Source of the DNA: Candidatus Celaenobacter antarcticus
GTDB taxonomy: Bacteria; Cloacimonadota; Cloacimonadia; JGIOTU-2
NCBI GenBank assembly: GCA_030765865.1
Contig: JAVCDK010000035.1
Location: forward strand, 291-64,290
DNA: 64,000 nt
Direction of reading: 5' to 3'
Both the position numbers and the translations under genes were made by a program. Of the stretch, positions 8,075 to 16,855 are shown piece by piece. How positions within the stretch are numbered: the stretch's first letter is position 1; every line of letters starts with the position of its first letter. The notes below the pieces were generated by a model that did not search any database, was not told the DNA's origin, and saw nothing but the letters and a program-made list of their open reading frames with translations.

Positions 8075-8263
8075 GATACATCATACTTCTTATAAAATCT
8101 TAGTCTGTTAAACTGTAATGTGAGGTAGTGTGAGGTCCCTGTCTAGTAAGTAAAATCAGTTAAACTGAAGTTTCCTGTCTTTGATATCTACATTTCTGAT
8201 CAATTTCTGTTATGAGATAGCAATATTGACAGAAATGTTAGCTCATAATTTTTGTCAATAATT
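8075..8263 (+). promoter_or_regulatory. Resident upstream region (copy D) of nifS-selD, shared with the divergent gene 7572..8036
   Basis: Homologous to copies C, B and A. Contains an internal ~52-bp duplication (gttaaactg..cctgtct occurs twice, at 8107-8144 and 8159-8180). Confidence 0.6.
8226..8258 (+). promoter_or_regulatory. Inverted repeat TTGACAGAAAT-N10-AATTTTTGTCAA, 5 nt upstream of the nifS-selD ATG (candidate operator or 5'-UTR hairpin)
   Basis: About 11-bp arms. Conserved in copy C (7367-7399) and copy B (5647-5679). A different hairpin occupies the equivalent place in copy A. Confidence 0.5.
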
Positions 8264-10462
8264 ATGAAACCTATATACCTCGACTATAATGCAACCACAC
8301 CTCTTGCGCCGGAAGTGGCAGACGCAATGAAGCCCTTCCTGGAAGAGTATTTCGGCAATCCTTCAAGTGCGCACTGGTATGGCGTGCAGACAAGAAAAGC
8401 AGTGGAAAAAGCACGCAGGCAGGTAGCAGAACTTATTAATGCAAACCCCGATGAGATCATTTTTACAAGCGGCGGCTCAGAATCCAATAACTTTGCAATA
8501 AAAGGCATTGCTTTTGCAAAGAGATCGCAGGGAAACCACATTATTACTTCATCTGTGGAACATCCTGCCGTTGTCGAAGTTTGCGAATACCTCAAGACAC
8601 AGGGATTTGAAATAACCTATCTTCCGGTTGATGAATATGGCATGGTCGATCCAGGTGATGTGGAAAAAGCGATCACTCCGCAGACAATACTTATCACAAT
8701 AATGCATGCAAATAATGAAGTTGGCACTATCCAGCCAATACGGGAAATTGCAGCAATTGCGCATAAGCATGATATCGTCATGCACACGGATGCTGCCCAA
8801 TCCACAGGGAAAATTCCTGCGCTGGTTGACGAATTGGGAGTTGACCTACTTTCTATTGCAGGGCATAAATTGTATGGACCGAAAGGGATCGGTGCGCTGT
8901 ATATTCGAAGAGGAGTGAAACTCCAAAAAATTATTCACGGCGCGGATCACGAGCAGAATTTACGAGCCGGTACGGAGAATATTCTTTGCGATGTCGGTCT
9001 GGGAAAAGCATGTGAAATTGCGGGTCAAAATTTGGAAAAAAATATGCAACACATGAAAGAAATGAGGGATCTGCTTCATAAGAAAATAGGGGACTCGGGA
9101 CTCGATTTCATATTGAACGGACATCCTGAAAAAAGGTTGCCGAACACACTCAGTCTTTCTTTCCGAAATGTGGAAGCGAATACAGTTCTTTCCGAACTTT
9201 CCGAAGTTGCAGCTTCAGCAGGTGCTGCCTGCCATTCCGATCAGATCGATGTATCGGCTGTACTGGAAGCAATGAATGTGCCTGTCGAATATGCAATGGG
9301 CACAATTCGGTTTTCTACTGGTAGGTTTACCACAAAGGATGATATAGAAAAAGCAGCGGATTATATCATAAAAGTTATCGGCAAATTCCAGGATAAAAAA
9401 GTAGAAGTATCTCATCAGAAAGATGCTGAGATCAAGCTCACACATTTTACTCACGGTATGGGGTGTGCCTGCAAGATAGAACTGGCATTACTAGAGGAGA
9501 TACTTAAAAAACTTCCCATACCTGACGATCCAAAAATTTTAGTAGGCACACAAACTGCTGACGATGCTGCCGTTTACCGGATCAATGATGAAACCGCATT
9601 GGTGGTTACTCTTGATTTTTTCACTCCAAATGCTGACGATCCTTATGAGTTCGGTGCAATCGCTGCTGCAAATGCATTAAGCGATGTTTACGCAATGGGT
9701 GCAACCCCTTTATTCGGACTGAACATTGTTGGATTTCCCTCAAATAGATTGCCTATGTCCGTGTTGGAAAAAATTCTGCAGGGAGCGCAGGATAAAGCTC
9801 AGGAAGCAGGCATTTTCGTGATCGGCGGACATACGATCGAGGATACAGAGCCCAAATATGGAATGGTAGTAGTCGGGCAAGTTCACCCGGAAAAGATCTG
9901 GAAGAATATCGGATTGCAAAAAGGAGATGTGCTTATCCTTACCAAACCGATCGGGACAGGCATTCTTTCAACTGCATTAAAAAGAGGTTTGCTCGACGAA
10001 ACGCAAAAAGATGTTTTGATTTCAACAATGACTAAATTGAATAAGAAAGCGGCAGAAATTCTACACAATTTCACAGTTCATGCCTGCACTGATGTGACGG
10101 GTTTCGGGCTTCTCGGGCATCTTATGGGAATGGTGCGGGGAAGCAAAGTAGCGGTTGAGATCATAGCTGACACTGTTCCCTTTATTGAAGGTGCTCTTGA
10201 ATTTGCAGCCGGGAATGTTATTCCTGGTGGAACACTCTCGAATATGAAGTATGTCGAAAATTTTGTTAAGTGGAGTTCGAGCATTTCACAGATCCAGAAA
10301 ATTATCCTGTGCGATGCTCAGACATCAGGAGGATTGCTGGTTTCAGTTCCGGAAGAAAGTGCACAAATTATTTTGAAGCAACTATATAAAGTCGGGATTC
10401 AAAAAGCAGAAATCATCGGAAAGATTATAAATAAAGATTCTCAGTTCATCAAAGTGACTTAA
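8264..10462 (+). CDS. selD: Fusion protein: NifS/IscS-like class V aminotransferase (cysteine desulfurase / selenocysteine lyase type) joined to selenophosphate synthetase SelD
   Basis: The N-terminal ~380 aa have MKPIYLDYNATTP, the PLP-Lys context SIAGHKLYGPKG and the active-site loop SAGAACHS. The C-terminal ~340 aa have HGMGCACKI (Cys-type SelD, TGC), DDAAVY and DFFTPNADDPYEFGAIAAANALSDVYAMG. ATG 8264 is preferred over TTG 8252. Confidence 0.85.
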   Translation: MKPIYLDYNATTPLAPEVADAMKPFLEEYFGNPSSAHWYGVQTRKAVEKARRQVAELINANPDEIIFTSGGSESNNFAIKGIAFAKRSQGNHIITSSVEHPAVVEVCEYLKTQGFEITYLPVDEYGMVDPGDVEKAITPQTILITIMHANNEVGTIQPIREIAAIAHKHDIVMHTDAAQSTGKIPALVDELGVDLLSIAGHKLYGPKGIGALYIRRGVKLQKIIHGADHEQNLRAGTENILCDVGLGKACEIAGQNLEKNMQHMKEMRDLLHKKIGDSGLDFILNGHPEKRLPNTLSLSFRNVEANTVLSELSEVAASAGAACHSDQIDVSAVLEAMNVPVEYAMGTIRFSTGRFTTKDDIEKAADYIIKVIGKFQDKKVEVSHQKDAEIKLTHFTHGMGCACKIELALLEEILKKLPIPDDPKILVGTQTADDAAVYRINDETALVVTLDFFTPNADDPYEFGAIAAANALSDVYAMGATPLFGLNIVGFPSNRLPMSVLEKILQGAQDKAQEAGIFVIGGHTIEDTEPKYGMVVVGQVHPEKIWKNIGLQKGDVLILTKPIGTGILSTALKRGLLDETQKDVLISTMTKLNKKAAEILHNFTVHACTDVTGFGLLGHLMGMVRGSKVAVEIIADTVPFIEGALEFAAGNVIPGGTLSNMKYVENFVKWSSSISQIQKIILCDAQTSGGLLVSVPEESAQIILKQLYKVGIQKAEIIGKIINKDSQFIKVT

Positions 10463-10752
10463 GCTGGATAAACTGAGCCAAAAATAATTCACCACAGAGA
10501 GCACCGAGAAAGAAAATAATATATTAAAATTTGGGATAATATTGAATGGTATAAATACTTATTAATAAAAGCTTCAAATAAAAAGATATTTTTCCCCATA
10601 AATGTTAAGAAATAAGAATAAATTCTCGTTCCCAAAACCCTCTTTGGGAGCGCAATATGAACTTATCCGCTTCCATGGACTTGGTAACGAGGAAAAAGCT
10701 TGCTTGACATACCATTTGTAAATCATATCCTATTTTATTATTCGGAGGTACA

Positions 10753-11790
10753 ATGAATAGTAAAAAATATATTACGAGAATTGTTGCATTAGCATTAATG
10801 CTCATAGCTCTTTCTACCATGTCACTTTCAGCAGAAATATTACTCTGGGATAATGACAATTATTCAACGATAAACGATCCCGAAGGCGCAGGATATGTCG
10901 GGTGTGAATACTCGCTTGAAAAAGCATTCAATAATATGAGTTTATCTTACACCACCTTAAGTTATCTGCCCACAAATCTGGACGATTATGACATGTTGTT
11001 CATTACACTCGGACACTGGTGCTTTGATTGAGGATCCACTCCTCCGGGCCAGGTTGGCTCAATCGAACAGCAGATGATTATCGATTTTATTACTGAAGGA
11101 AAATCAGTGTATATAGAAGGCACTGATGTTGCTTCGGGTTTGCAGGGAACGTCGCTTTTTTCCTACTTTGGAAATACTTTTAATGGCGAAGGTGACGATA
11201 TGAATGTACAAGATCTTGCCGGTGTACCGGGCACTTTTGCCGATCCTATTGTGGTTGATTATCAGTACTTTTCAGAATCTGATTACGGTGTGGATGAGCT
11301 TGGTGCAGCTTCTGCAGGAATATGTATTCAATCCCAGGATACAAAAGGTAGAGTTACTTATTGGGATGGTCCAGACGGTACATACAGAGCTATGATGAGT
11401 TCTATACTTTTTGGCTCTATAATCGATGGTTCTGGAATCAATAACAAAGCGTTTCTCCTGTCACGGTATTATTCATTCCTGAAAATCCTGCCTGTCAGTG
11501 TCGATCCACCAAATTCACCATCAAATGAAATCGTTCTGAAAAATTATCCTAATCCATTTTCAGCTTCTACTTTGATATCCTACTCAATCCCAACTTATCA
11601 CAATAATATCTCTCTTGAAATCTTTGATATCAAAGGAAGGAAAGTTAAGGAATTTTCCTCATTGCAACAGGATGGTACTATTATCTGGGATGGCTCTGAC
11701 CATTTCGGAAATAAAGTTTCTAATGGAATATATTTTTACAAATTCCAGGGAACGGATAGTGGCGTTCATAAAATGATATACATCAAGTAA
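10753..11790 (+). CDS. Secreted T9SS-tailed protein read through an in-frame TGA (11029-11031): candidate selenoprotein with a W-C-F-D-U motif; alternatively a pseudogene
   Basis: Track ORFs 10753..11031 and 11074..11790 are in the same frame, and the 42 nt between them contain no other stop. Features: strong SD (GGAGGT) before ATG 10753, a signal peptide, and the read ...FITLGHWCFD-TGA-GSTPPGQVGSIEQQMIIDF... The C-terminus has a Por-secretion-tail pattern (NYPNPFSASTLISY...GIYFYKF). Confidence 0.5.
11046..11060 (+). promoter_or_regulatory. SECIS-like hairpin GGGCC-AGGUU-GGCUC, starting 14 nt after the UGA
   Basis: 5-bp stem (one G-U pair) with a G/U-containing apical loop. The 42 nt after the TGA are 26/42 G+C in an AT-rich gene. 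Confidence 0.35.
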
Positions 11791-11813
11791 CCGAATTAAC
11801 TCATTTTTCATAT

Positions 11814-11847
11814 GCCCTCAATTTATTATTTTTGAGGGCTTTTTTTT
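11814..11847 (+). terminator. Rho-independent terminator
   Basis: gccctcaa-tttattattt-ttgagggc followed by an 8-T run, 24 nt after the stop at 11790. Confidence 0.75.
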
Positions 11848-11945
11848 CCTTTATTTACAATAACTTATTTATATTCTGTTATTTGTATAATATTTGACAA
11901 GAAAACAAGGTATTACAACTTTTAACAAAATTCATGTAGTTCGTC

Positions 11946-11971
11946 GCTGGTTCTCCCAACCAGCATTTTTT
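11946..11971 (+). terminator. Leader hairpin plus T-tract upstream of rimP-nusA (candidate attenuator)
   Basis: gctggtt-ctccc-aaccagc followed by attttttg, ending 19 nt before the rimP ATG. Confidence 0.45.
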
Positions 11972-11989
11972 GTATTTAGAAATGAGAGT

Positions 11990-12475
11990 ATGATAGACAA
12001 AAATGCACTTAAGAAAAGTATTGATCGCATCTGCGATGAAACAGGTTTTCAGCTTTATGACTGGCAACTGAAGCGGAGAGGTAGCGCCCATAATCTTGTT
12101 ATATATATTACAAAACCGGAGGGTTTGTCCCTGTATGATTGCGAGGTTTATAGCAGAATGCTCGGTGATGAACTTGATATGCATGATGTTATCGGAACCC
12201 GATATTATCTTGAAGTGTCCTCCCCGGGATTAAGTCGCCTGCTTCTTACACAAGAGCATTATCTCGGAGCAGTTGACGAATTTGTGAAAATTACTTTTCT
12301 CAATGATGAACGTAATCACGAAACGATTCGTGGAAAAATCTCGAATGTAAATGGGCAGATGCTCACTCTCATAAGCGAAGACGACGAAGATAGATTGATC
12401 AATATATCCGATGTTCAAAAGGCAAAAACTGTATTTGTGTGGCCGAACGCATCATCAAAAACTAAAAAGGTATAG
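11990..12475 (+). CDS. rimP: Ribosome maturation factor RimP
   Basis: The sequence YYLEVSSPGLSRLL and the position before nusA. The start is taken at Met33 of the track ORF (ATG 11990). Confidence 0.8.
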   Translation: MIDKNALKKSIDRICDETGFQLYDWQLKRRGSAHNLVIYITKPEGLSLYDCEVYSRMLGDELDMHDVIGTRYYLEVSSPGLSRLLLTQEHYLGAVDEFVKITFLNDERNHETIRGKISNVNGQMLTLISEDDEDRLINISDVQKAKTVFVWPNASSKTKKV

Positions 12476-12483
12476 AGGTTATT

Positions 12484-13719
12484 ATGGCATTTAATTTGAT
12501 TTCTATTATTGAAGAATTTTCCAGACTGAAGCAGATCGACAGAGAAAAAATTGCTGAGATAATCAAAGAAAGCCTGGAATCCGCCCTTCAAAAAAAGTTG
12601 TCTGAAAAGACTGAACTTGCAGTTGAGATTAATTTTGATGAAAGTGAAGTGGTCGCAAAATTTGATGCTGTAGTTGTTGAGGAAACTACCGGTTTCCTCG
12701 ACGAAATAGTGCTTGAAGACGCCCATAAGATTAATCCTGAAGCCGAACTTGGTGATATTATACCCCTTGAAATGCTGGTGTCTGATTTCGGACGCAAGAC
12801 GATACAGTCTGCACGACAGGCAATAATAAATAGGTTCAGAGAATCCGAGACCGAAAAGGTCAAAGTGGACTATGAAAAGCAAAAAGGAGAGATTGTTTCC
12901 GGTGCGGTGAAAAAGGTAGAATATAATGGGTACATAATTGATATTGGATTTACCGACGCGCTTCTACCAACTGAAGAGCAGGTGGAAACAGAATTTTATA
13001 AAGCCAATGATTTCCTGAAAGCTTATGTGGCAAGTATTCGTCAGTCAAAAAAAGGTGTGCGCGTTATCCTTTCCAGAAAACGTCCCGAATTTATAATAAA
13101 ACTTTTCGAAAACGAGATACCAGAAATTGCAGATGGCATTGTAATGATCAAAAAAATTGTCCGTGAACCGGGTTTTAGAACAAAAGTTGCTGTAATAAGC
13201 AATGATGAGAATGTCGATCCCTATGGAAGCTGTATCGGTCCGAAAGGAATCCGAATAAGTGAGATCCGCAAAGAGCTTAACGGGGAGCAGGTTGATATTG
13301 CTCTATGGAGTGATAACCCTGAAGATTTTATACGAAATGCTGTTGGTCCCGAACTTGTGAAGCGTGTTTATCTCGCTGATAAAGGACGATTTGCCCAGAT
13401 CATTGTTAATGAAGATAATAAAAATATTGCGATTGGAAAAGGCGGTAAAAATATCAAGCTTGCTGCAAAACTGACCAATTACAAACTCGATGTTCTTCTT
13501 GAAGAAGAGTATGAAGAGATCGCAGCAAATGAGCGCCGTATTACAAGTCAAATCTTTGACCTTGACGGAGTCCATGAAAAAGTTGGTAAGATCCTTCATG
13601 AAGCCGGATACACTTCGGTGCAGGATATCCATCTTGCAACGGTGGAAGAGTTGACTCATATTGAAGGTGTTGGTGTAAAAACTGCCCAAAAGATCAAAGA
13701 ATCTGCAAAATATTTTTAA
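12484..13719 (+). CDS. nusA: Transcription termination/antitermination factor NusA
   Basis: S1 and KH regions (VSGAVKKVEYNGYIIDIG; CIGPKGIRISEIRKELNGEQVDI; IAIGKGGKNIKLAAKL) and conserved synteny. Confidence 0.95.
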   Translation: MAFNLISIIEEFSRLKQIDREKIAEIIKESLESALQKKLSEKTELAVEINFDESEVVAKFDAVVVEETTGFLDEIVLEDAHKINPEAELGDIIPLEMLVSDFGRKTIQSARQAIINRFRESETEKVKVDYEKQKGEIVSGAVKKVEYNGYIIDIGFTDALLPTEEQVETEFYKANDFLKAYVASIRQSKKGVRVILSRKRPEFIIKLFENEIPEIADGIVMIKKIVREPGFRTKVAVISNDENVDPYGSCIGPKGIRISEIRKELNGEQVDIALWSDNPEDFIRNAVGPELVKRVYLADKGRFAQIIVNEDNKNIAIGKGGKNIKLAAKLTNYKLDVLLEEEYEEIAANERRITSQIFDLDGVHEKVGKILHEAGYTSVQDIHLATVEELTHIEGVGVKTAQKIKESAKYF

Positions 13720-13940
13720 TGCCCAATAAAGCTTCGAATAAAGGTCATATACCTATTCGAACATGTGTGATATGCAAAGAAAAAGGTTCGAAGTGCTCGA
13801 TGCATAGATTTGTGATACAGAAAAGTGCTATCCTCTTTGATGAGAAAAATATTCTCGACGGCAGAGGATATTATTTCTGTGATAAGGGAAAATGCAGAGC
13901 TTCGTTAGACTCATGGTTAAAGAAAGCAAAGAAAAAGTAG
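13719..13940 (+). CDS. YlxR/RnpM (DUF448) family RNA-binding protein
   Basis: 73 aa with the IPIRTCVICKEK motif. Lies between nusA and infB. Confidence 0.8.
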   Translation: MPNKASNKGHIPIRTCVICKEKGSKCSMHRFVIQKSAILFDEKNILDGRGYYFCDKGKCRASLDSWLKKAKKK

Positions 13941-14224
13941 CAAATATGCTCCGGCTTGCAAGAAAAGCAAAAGCTGTTTCAGTCGGCAGGATCGCTGTTG
14001 AAAGAAGTATCAAAAAGAGTGAAACTAAGCTCATTTTTGCAGGTAAGAAAGAAAATAATTTCATGAGAAAACGAGCAGAGGACTGTGCATCAAAAGGGAT
14101 AAAGATCTCCCATCTTTTTGATGATAGCGAATTATGTACTATTTTTGGACGGCAGAAACTGACCCTTGTGGCAGTAGTTGACAAGAACTTCACAAAGGGC
14201 ATAAATGTGATTTTAGAAAATTAA
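13913..14224 (+). CDS. L7Ae/YlxQ-family ribosomal-protein-like RNA-binding protein
   Basis: LRLARKAKAVSVGRIAVERSIKK...KLIFAGK pattern and synteny. The start is uncertain (13892, 13913 or 13946). Overlaps the end of ylxR. Confidence 0.6.
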   Translation: MVKESKEKVANMLRLARKAKAVSVGRIAVERSIKKSETKLIFAGKKENNFMRKRAEDCASKGIKISHLFDDSELCTIFGRQKLTLVAVVDKNFTKGINVILEN

Positions 14225-14233
14225 AGGATATAT

Positions 14234-16570
14234 ATGGATCAAATTAGAGTGTATGAACTGGCTCGCGAACTGAAGATCTCACCTCAGGCGCTCATCTCAA
14301 TTTTGAGGAGTCTCAAGGTGAAAGTTAAAAGCCATATGAGCTATCTTGAAGATGATAATGTTACTAAAGTGAAGCAGATGTTTCAAGACCAGTTAGATGC
14401 CGCAAAAGCACGACAGAAGCAGAGAAAAAATTACCAGAAGGAGCAGCGACAGAAACGTCTTGAAAAACTGAAAAAAGAAGAAAAGAAGCAAACTCAAAAA
14501 AAAGAAGAGCCAAAGAAAAAACCTGAAAGACAGCACGAAAAACCAAAATATCCTCAAAAAAAATCAGTCCAGGAAAAAAAGCCGAAAGAAAAAGAAAAAA
14601 CCGTGGCCGTAAAACCAAAAATAATTTCGGCGAAAGAAAAAGAAAAGCAAAGAGAAAAAGCATATAAAGACAAAAAGCAGAAAATTCTTGAAGAAAAGCA
14701 GAAGAGGTTTTTTGATCAACAAAAGATCAAGGGTAATATAAAAGCGACGCTTACCAAAGATCCTAAACGAAAGAAATATAAAAAAGAAAAAACCGAAGTT
14801 GAAGAAGAAATCACCAAGATCGTCATCAGTGAATTCACCTCAGTATCCGAACTAGCAAAGATCATGGACAAAAATCCCACAGCGATTGTTGCGAAGTTCA
14901 TGGAAATAGGAAAGATGGTTACAATCAACCAGCGTTTGGATAATGAATCTCTTATTATGATCTGTGATGAATTCAACTTTGATGTTGAGTTTGAAGACCA
15001 GTACGGGAAAGATATTCTTGAGATTAATGTAGAAGATGACGATCAGTATGAAAATACAGAAAGACCTCCAATTGTGGTAGTTATGGGTCATGTTGACCAT
15101 GGCAAAACATCAATTTTGGACTATATCCGTGAAGAGAATGTTATCGCTGGCGAAGCAGGGGGTATCACGCAGCATATTGGTGCATATCAGGTTGAACATA
15201 ATGGCAGAAAAGTCACATTTATTGATACTCCTGGTCATGAGGCATTCACAGCCATGCGAGCACGAGGTGCTGATGTCACTGACATTGCAGTTATCGTTAT
15301 TGCTGCTGACGATGGAGTCATGCCGCAAACTATGGAAGCAATAGATCATGCGAAAGCTGCGGGAATTCCACTTATTTTTGCTATAAATAAAATTGATAAA
15401 CCTGCTGCTGATCCCGAGAAAGTGAAAGTCCAACTTTCTCAGAAAAACATCCTTCTCCAAGGATGGGGCGGCGATATTGAATCTGTCTCGTGTTCAGCAA
15501 AAACAGGTGAAGGTATTGGAGAACTGCTGGATACAATATTGCTGGTTTCCGAAGTTGAAGAACTTATAGCAAAATATGGTCAGAAAGCAGAAGGAACGGT
15601 CATTGAATCTAAGCTTGATAAAGGCAAAGGACCGATTGCGACTGTACTGATTCGAAACGGAGTACTCAAACCGGGTGACATAATCATATGCGGAGCTCAA
15701 TACGGTCGAGTTCGGTTGATGCTCGATGAAAGACAAAAGGAAGTTAAGGAATGTCCTCCATCAGGCGTTGCACAAATTCTTGGTTTAAATGGTGTCCCAC
15801 AGGCAGGTGATACGCTCAATGTCGTTGATGGTGAACGTAAAGCAAAAGATATCTGTTCAAAAAGACAACAAGTGATAAGACAGAGACAGATCGCGACAGG
15901 AAAGGGAGTTACACTCGATAATATCTTTGATAAAATCCAGGAAAGCGAGATCACTTCTCTTAATCTAATAGTAAAAGGTGACACTGACGGCTCAGTCGAG
16001 GCACTTTGTGATGCACTCCAGAAAATTCGCAATGAAGAAGTTGGAGTTGATGTAGTTCATCGCGGCGTAGGAGGTATTGTCGAAGCTGATATTAATCTTG
16101 CAACTGCCTCGAAAGCTATTATTATAGGATTCCATGTAAGACCTAATGCGGAAGCCCGATCTGCGGCAGAAATCAACCGGGTTGATATACGATTGTATGA
16201 TATCATTTATGAAGCCATTGACGAAGTGAAAAAATCTCTTGAAGGATTGCTTAGTCCGACGATAAGAGAAGAACATCTTGGAACAGCAGAGGTAAAGGAA
16301 ATCTTTAAAATTTCCAAAGTCGGCACTATTGCCGGATGTATGGTTACGAATGGAAAGATCACAAGTAATGCGTTTCTGAGACTCTTCCATGATGATATTA
16401 AAGTCTATGAAGGGACTGTTGAAAGTCTTAAACGGTTCAAGGATGAAGTCAAAGAAGTGTCTGAGGGTCAGGAATGCGGAATTTCGATTGTTGGTTTCAA
16501 TGATATCAAGGTCAACGATGTTATTGATGCATATATTAAAATCGAGGAAAAGAAAAAATTAGAATTATAA
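14234..16570 (+). CDS. infB: Translation initiation factor IF-2
   Basis: GTPase motifs ([26 protein letters not shown]), a K/E-rich N-terminal linker and a C-terminal IF2 domain. Confidence 0.95.
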   Translation: MDQIRVYELARELKISPQALISILRSLKVKVKSHMSYLEDDNVTKVKQMFQDQLDAAKARQKQRKNYQKEQRQKRLEKLKKEEKKQTQKKEEPKKKPERQHEKPKYPQKKSVQEKKPKEKEKTVAVKPKIISAKEKEKQREKAYKDKKQKILEEKQKRFFDQQKIKGNIKATLTKDPKRKKYKKEKTEVEEEITKIVISEFTSVSELAKIMDKNPTAIVAKFMEIGKMVTINQRLDNESLIMICDEFNFDVEFEDQYGKDILEINVEDDDQYENTERPPIVVVMGHVDHGKTSILDYIREENVIAGEAGGITQHIGAYQVEHNGRKVTFIDTPGHEAFTAMRARGADVTDIAVIVIAADDGVMPQTMEAIDHAKAAGIPLIFAINKIDKPAADPEKVKVQLSQKNILLQGWGGDIESVSCSAKTGEGIGELLDTILLVSEVEELIAKYGQKAEGTVIESKLDKGKGPIATVLIRNGVLKPGDIIICGAQYGRVRLMLDERQKEVKECPPSGVAQILGLNGVPQAGDTLNVVDGERKAKDICSKRQQVIRQRQIATGKGVTLDNIFDKIQESEITSLNLIVKGDTDGSVEALCDALQKIRNEEVGVDVVHRGVGGIVEADINLATASKAIIIGFHVRPNAEARSAAEINRVDIRLYDIIYEAIDEVKKSLEGLLSPTIREEHLGTAEVKEIFKISKVGTIAGCMVTNGKITSNAFLRLFHDDIKVYEGTVESLKRFKDEVKEVSEGQECGISIVGFNDIKVNDVIDAYIKIEEKKKLEL

Positions 16571-16573
16571 TCA

Positions 16574-16855
16574 ATGCCTGTAAAAAGCGTGCTTGTAAAT
16601 TTGTATCTTCCTACATCACATTCGCTAAAAAATAAACGAAATATTATACAGAGTATTATAAAAAAACTAAAAAATCGCTATAATGCATCAGTTTCAGAGA
16701 TTAACGGACTGGATAAATGGCAATATGCAGGTGTGGGTATTTCGGTCATCTCAAATGACCCAATTATTATTGATAAGACGTATTCAGAGATCATAACTTT
16801 TATCGAAACGAACTATACAGATGTTCAGGTAATGGGAGTTCAGGATTACGAATAA
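16574..16855 (+). CDS. DUF503 (YlxP-like) protein
   Basis: 93 aa with the LPTSHSLKNKR motif. Conserved position between infB and rbfA. Confidence 0.7.
   Translation: MPVKSVLVNLYLPTSHSLKNKRNIIQSIIKKLKNRYNASVSEINGLDKWQYAGVGISVISNDPIIIDKTYSEIITFIETNYTDVQVMGVQDYE

Noticed and set aside
8226-8231. TTGACA upstream of nifS-selD as a sigma-70 -35 box.
   Set aside because: No TATAAT-like hexamer lies 16-18 nt downstream. The hexamer is one arm of a conserved inverted repeat, so it is better described as a palindrome. The promoter role remains unresolved.
2816-8263. Classifying the cassette region as a classical integron.
   Set aside because: No intI-like integrase or attI is visible. The palindromic boxes sit at the 5' side of the (leftward) ORFs rather than the 3' side. 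The RYYYAAC / GTTRRRY-like ends are only partly complementary. Each unit carries about 200 bp of duplicated promoter region, which integron cassettes do not. It is kept only as an attC-like analogy in the findings.
10605-10859. 84-aa minus-strand ORF overlapping the start of the candidate selenoprotein gene.
   Set aside because: No RBS and an implausible sequence. It overlaps the promoter, SD and signal-peptide region of the plus-strand gene.
14400-14830. Highly repetitive A/G-rich sequence (aaagaaaaa, gaagaaaag units) that looks like a simple repeat or array.
   Set aside because: It is in frame within infB and encodes the Lys/Glu-rich N-terminal linker typical of IF-2. It has no regular spacer/repeat architecture.
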